Source: Burkholderiaceae bacterium (GTDB lineage: Bacteria > Pseudomonadota > Gammaproteobacteria > Burkholderiales > Burkholderiaceae_F). From it: 64,000 nt of DNA. The translations under genes and the position numbers were made by a program. Numbering within the stretch: the first letter of the stretch is position 1; each line of letters begins with the position of its first letter. Shown in pieces: positions 63,466 through 64,000 of the stretch. Where the stretch lies: assembly GCA_035498175.1 (NCBI GenBank), contig DATKAJ010000105.1, forward strand, positions 9,482 through 73,481, given 5' to 3'. The notes under the pieces were generated by a model. That model ran no database searches. It saw nothing but the letters and a program-made list of their open reading frames with translations, and was not told the origin of the DNA.

Positions 63466-64000
63466 TCAGCTGCGGGCCACACGAATGGCTCGCCAGACCC
63501 GCTCGGGCGTCGCTGGCATGGCGATATCGGTCACTCCCAGCGGGCGCAAGGCATCAACCACCGCATTGATCACGGTTGGCGTCGCGCCGACCGTGCCGAG
63601 TTCGCCGACGCCCTTCGCGCCCAGCGGATTGATCTTGCACGGCTGCGACTCGTCCGTATGTGTCGCGAACGCCGGCAGGTCCTCCGCCCGCGGCAGGCCG
63701 TAGTCCATGAAGGAGCCCGTCAGCAACTGGCCGTCCGCGTCGTAGACGACCCGCTCATGCAGCGCCTGGCCGACGGCCTGCGCGATGCCGCCATGGACCT
63801 GCCCGGCGACGATCAGCGGGTTGATGACGCGCCCGACGTCGTCGTAGGTGGTGTAGTGCACGATCTCGACCTGGCCGGTTTCGGGTTCGACCTCGACCTC
63901 GCAGACGTGGCAGCCGTTCGGCCACGAGGGGCCTCCGACCTTCTGCACGGTCGTCACCGCGATGCGCTTCTCGGGCTGCTGCCGCGCCAGCGCAGCGAGG
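63466..64000 (-). CDS. xanthine dehydrogenase/CO dehydrogenase-family molybdopterin-binding subunit (3' part; continues beyond the window)
   Basis: CEVEVEPETGQVEIVHYTTYDDVGRVINPLIVAGQVHGGIAQAVGQAL...NPLGAKGVGE pattern. Confidence 0.85.
   Translation of the reverse strand, partial: LAALARQQPEKRIAVTTVQKVGGPSWPNGCHVCEVEVEPETGQVEIVHYTTYDDVGRVINPLIVAGQVHGGIAQAVGQALHERVVYDADGQLLTGSFMDYGLPRAEDLPAFATHTDESQPCKINPLGAKGVGELGTVGATPTVINAVVDALRPLGVTDIAMPATPERVWRAIRVARS

Overview
GC-rich window, roughly two-thirds G+C by eye (not computed). It looks like a chromosomal segment of a Burkholderiales-type betaproteobacterium; that taxonomic guess is inference only. I support about 70 protein-coding genes. I recognised no rRNA, tRNA, CRISPR array, integrase or transposase. 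Many long ORFs in the track are antisense 'shadow' ORFs typical of high-GC DNA and were rejected. The track also translates GTG/TTG starts as M, so several starts were re-picked at internal ATG/GTG codons with Shine-Dalgarno (SD) support.

Most of the window is ordinary metabolism and regulation:
- OmpR-type two-component pair, AraC regulator plus Ohr, two LysR regulators.
- MetE-like methyltransferase, O-methyltransferase, PlsC-like acyltransferase, nitronate monooxygenase.
- FadD, PLP-dependent Cys/Met enzyme, two SDR/saccharopine-dehydrogenase-type genes, and a partial xanthine-dehydrogenase-family gene at the right edge.

Accessory or unusual content:
1. Three architecturally unrelated TIR-domain proteins. 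One is TIR-TM-periplasmic domain at 81-1124, one is polytopic TM-TIR at 22259-23227, and one is a truncated class III cyclase remnant fused to TIR at 44350-45207. The last is followed by a small basic protein and an NYN/PIN-like protein with a histone-H1-like tract.
2. An operon of four exported proteins at 57486-59902: CsgG-like, unknown, Ivy-like with a CKDHDC loop, unknown. A 1131-aa wHTH-BTAD-P-loop-TPR (STAND-type) regulator sits directly upstream.
3. A bufferin-type RiPP cluster at 50618-53090: DUF2282 precursor, DUF692/MNIO enzyme, DUF2063 protein and DoxX.
4. A co-directional pncB-archease-rtcB module.
5. A secreted Gly/Trp-repeat protein encoded by a CCCCAG hexamer tract, translationally coupled to a glycine-zipper lipoprotein.
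6. A neutral-lipid island with three WS/DGAT paralogues and two alpha/beta hydrolases.
7. A decayed defence/toxin-antitoxin patch: a helicase/restriction-type gene with one frameshift and one in-frame TAG, an Mrr-like nuclease, an MNT-HEPN pair with an operator palindrome, and an AbrB-PIN pair.

All functional calls come from motif recognition by eye. No database search or computation was run.
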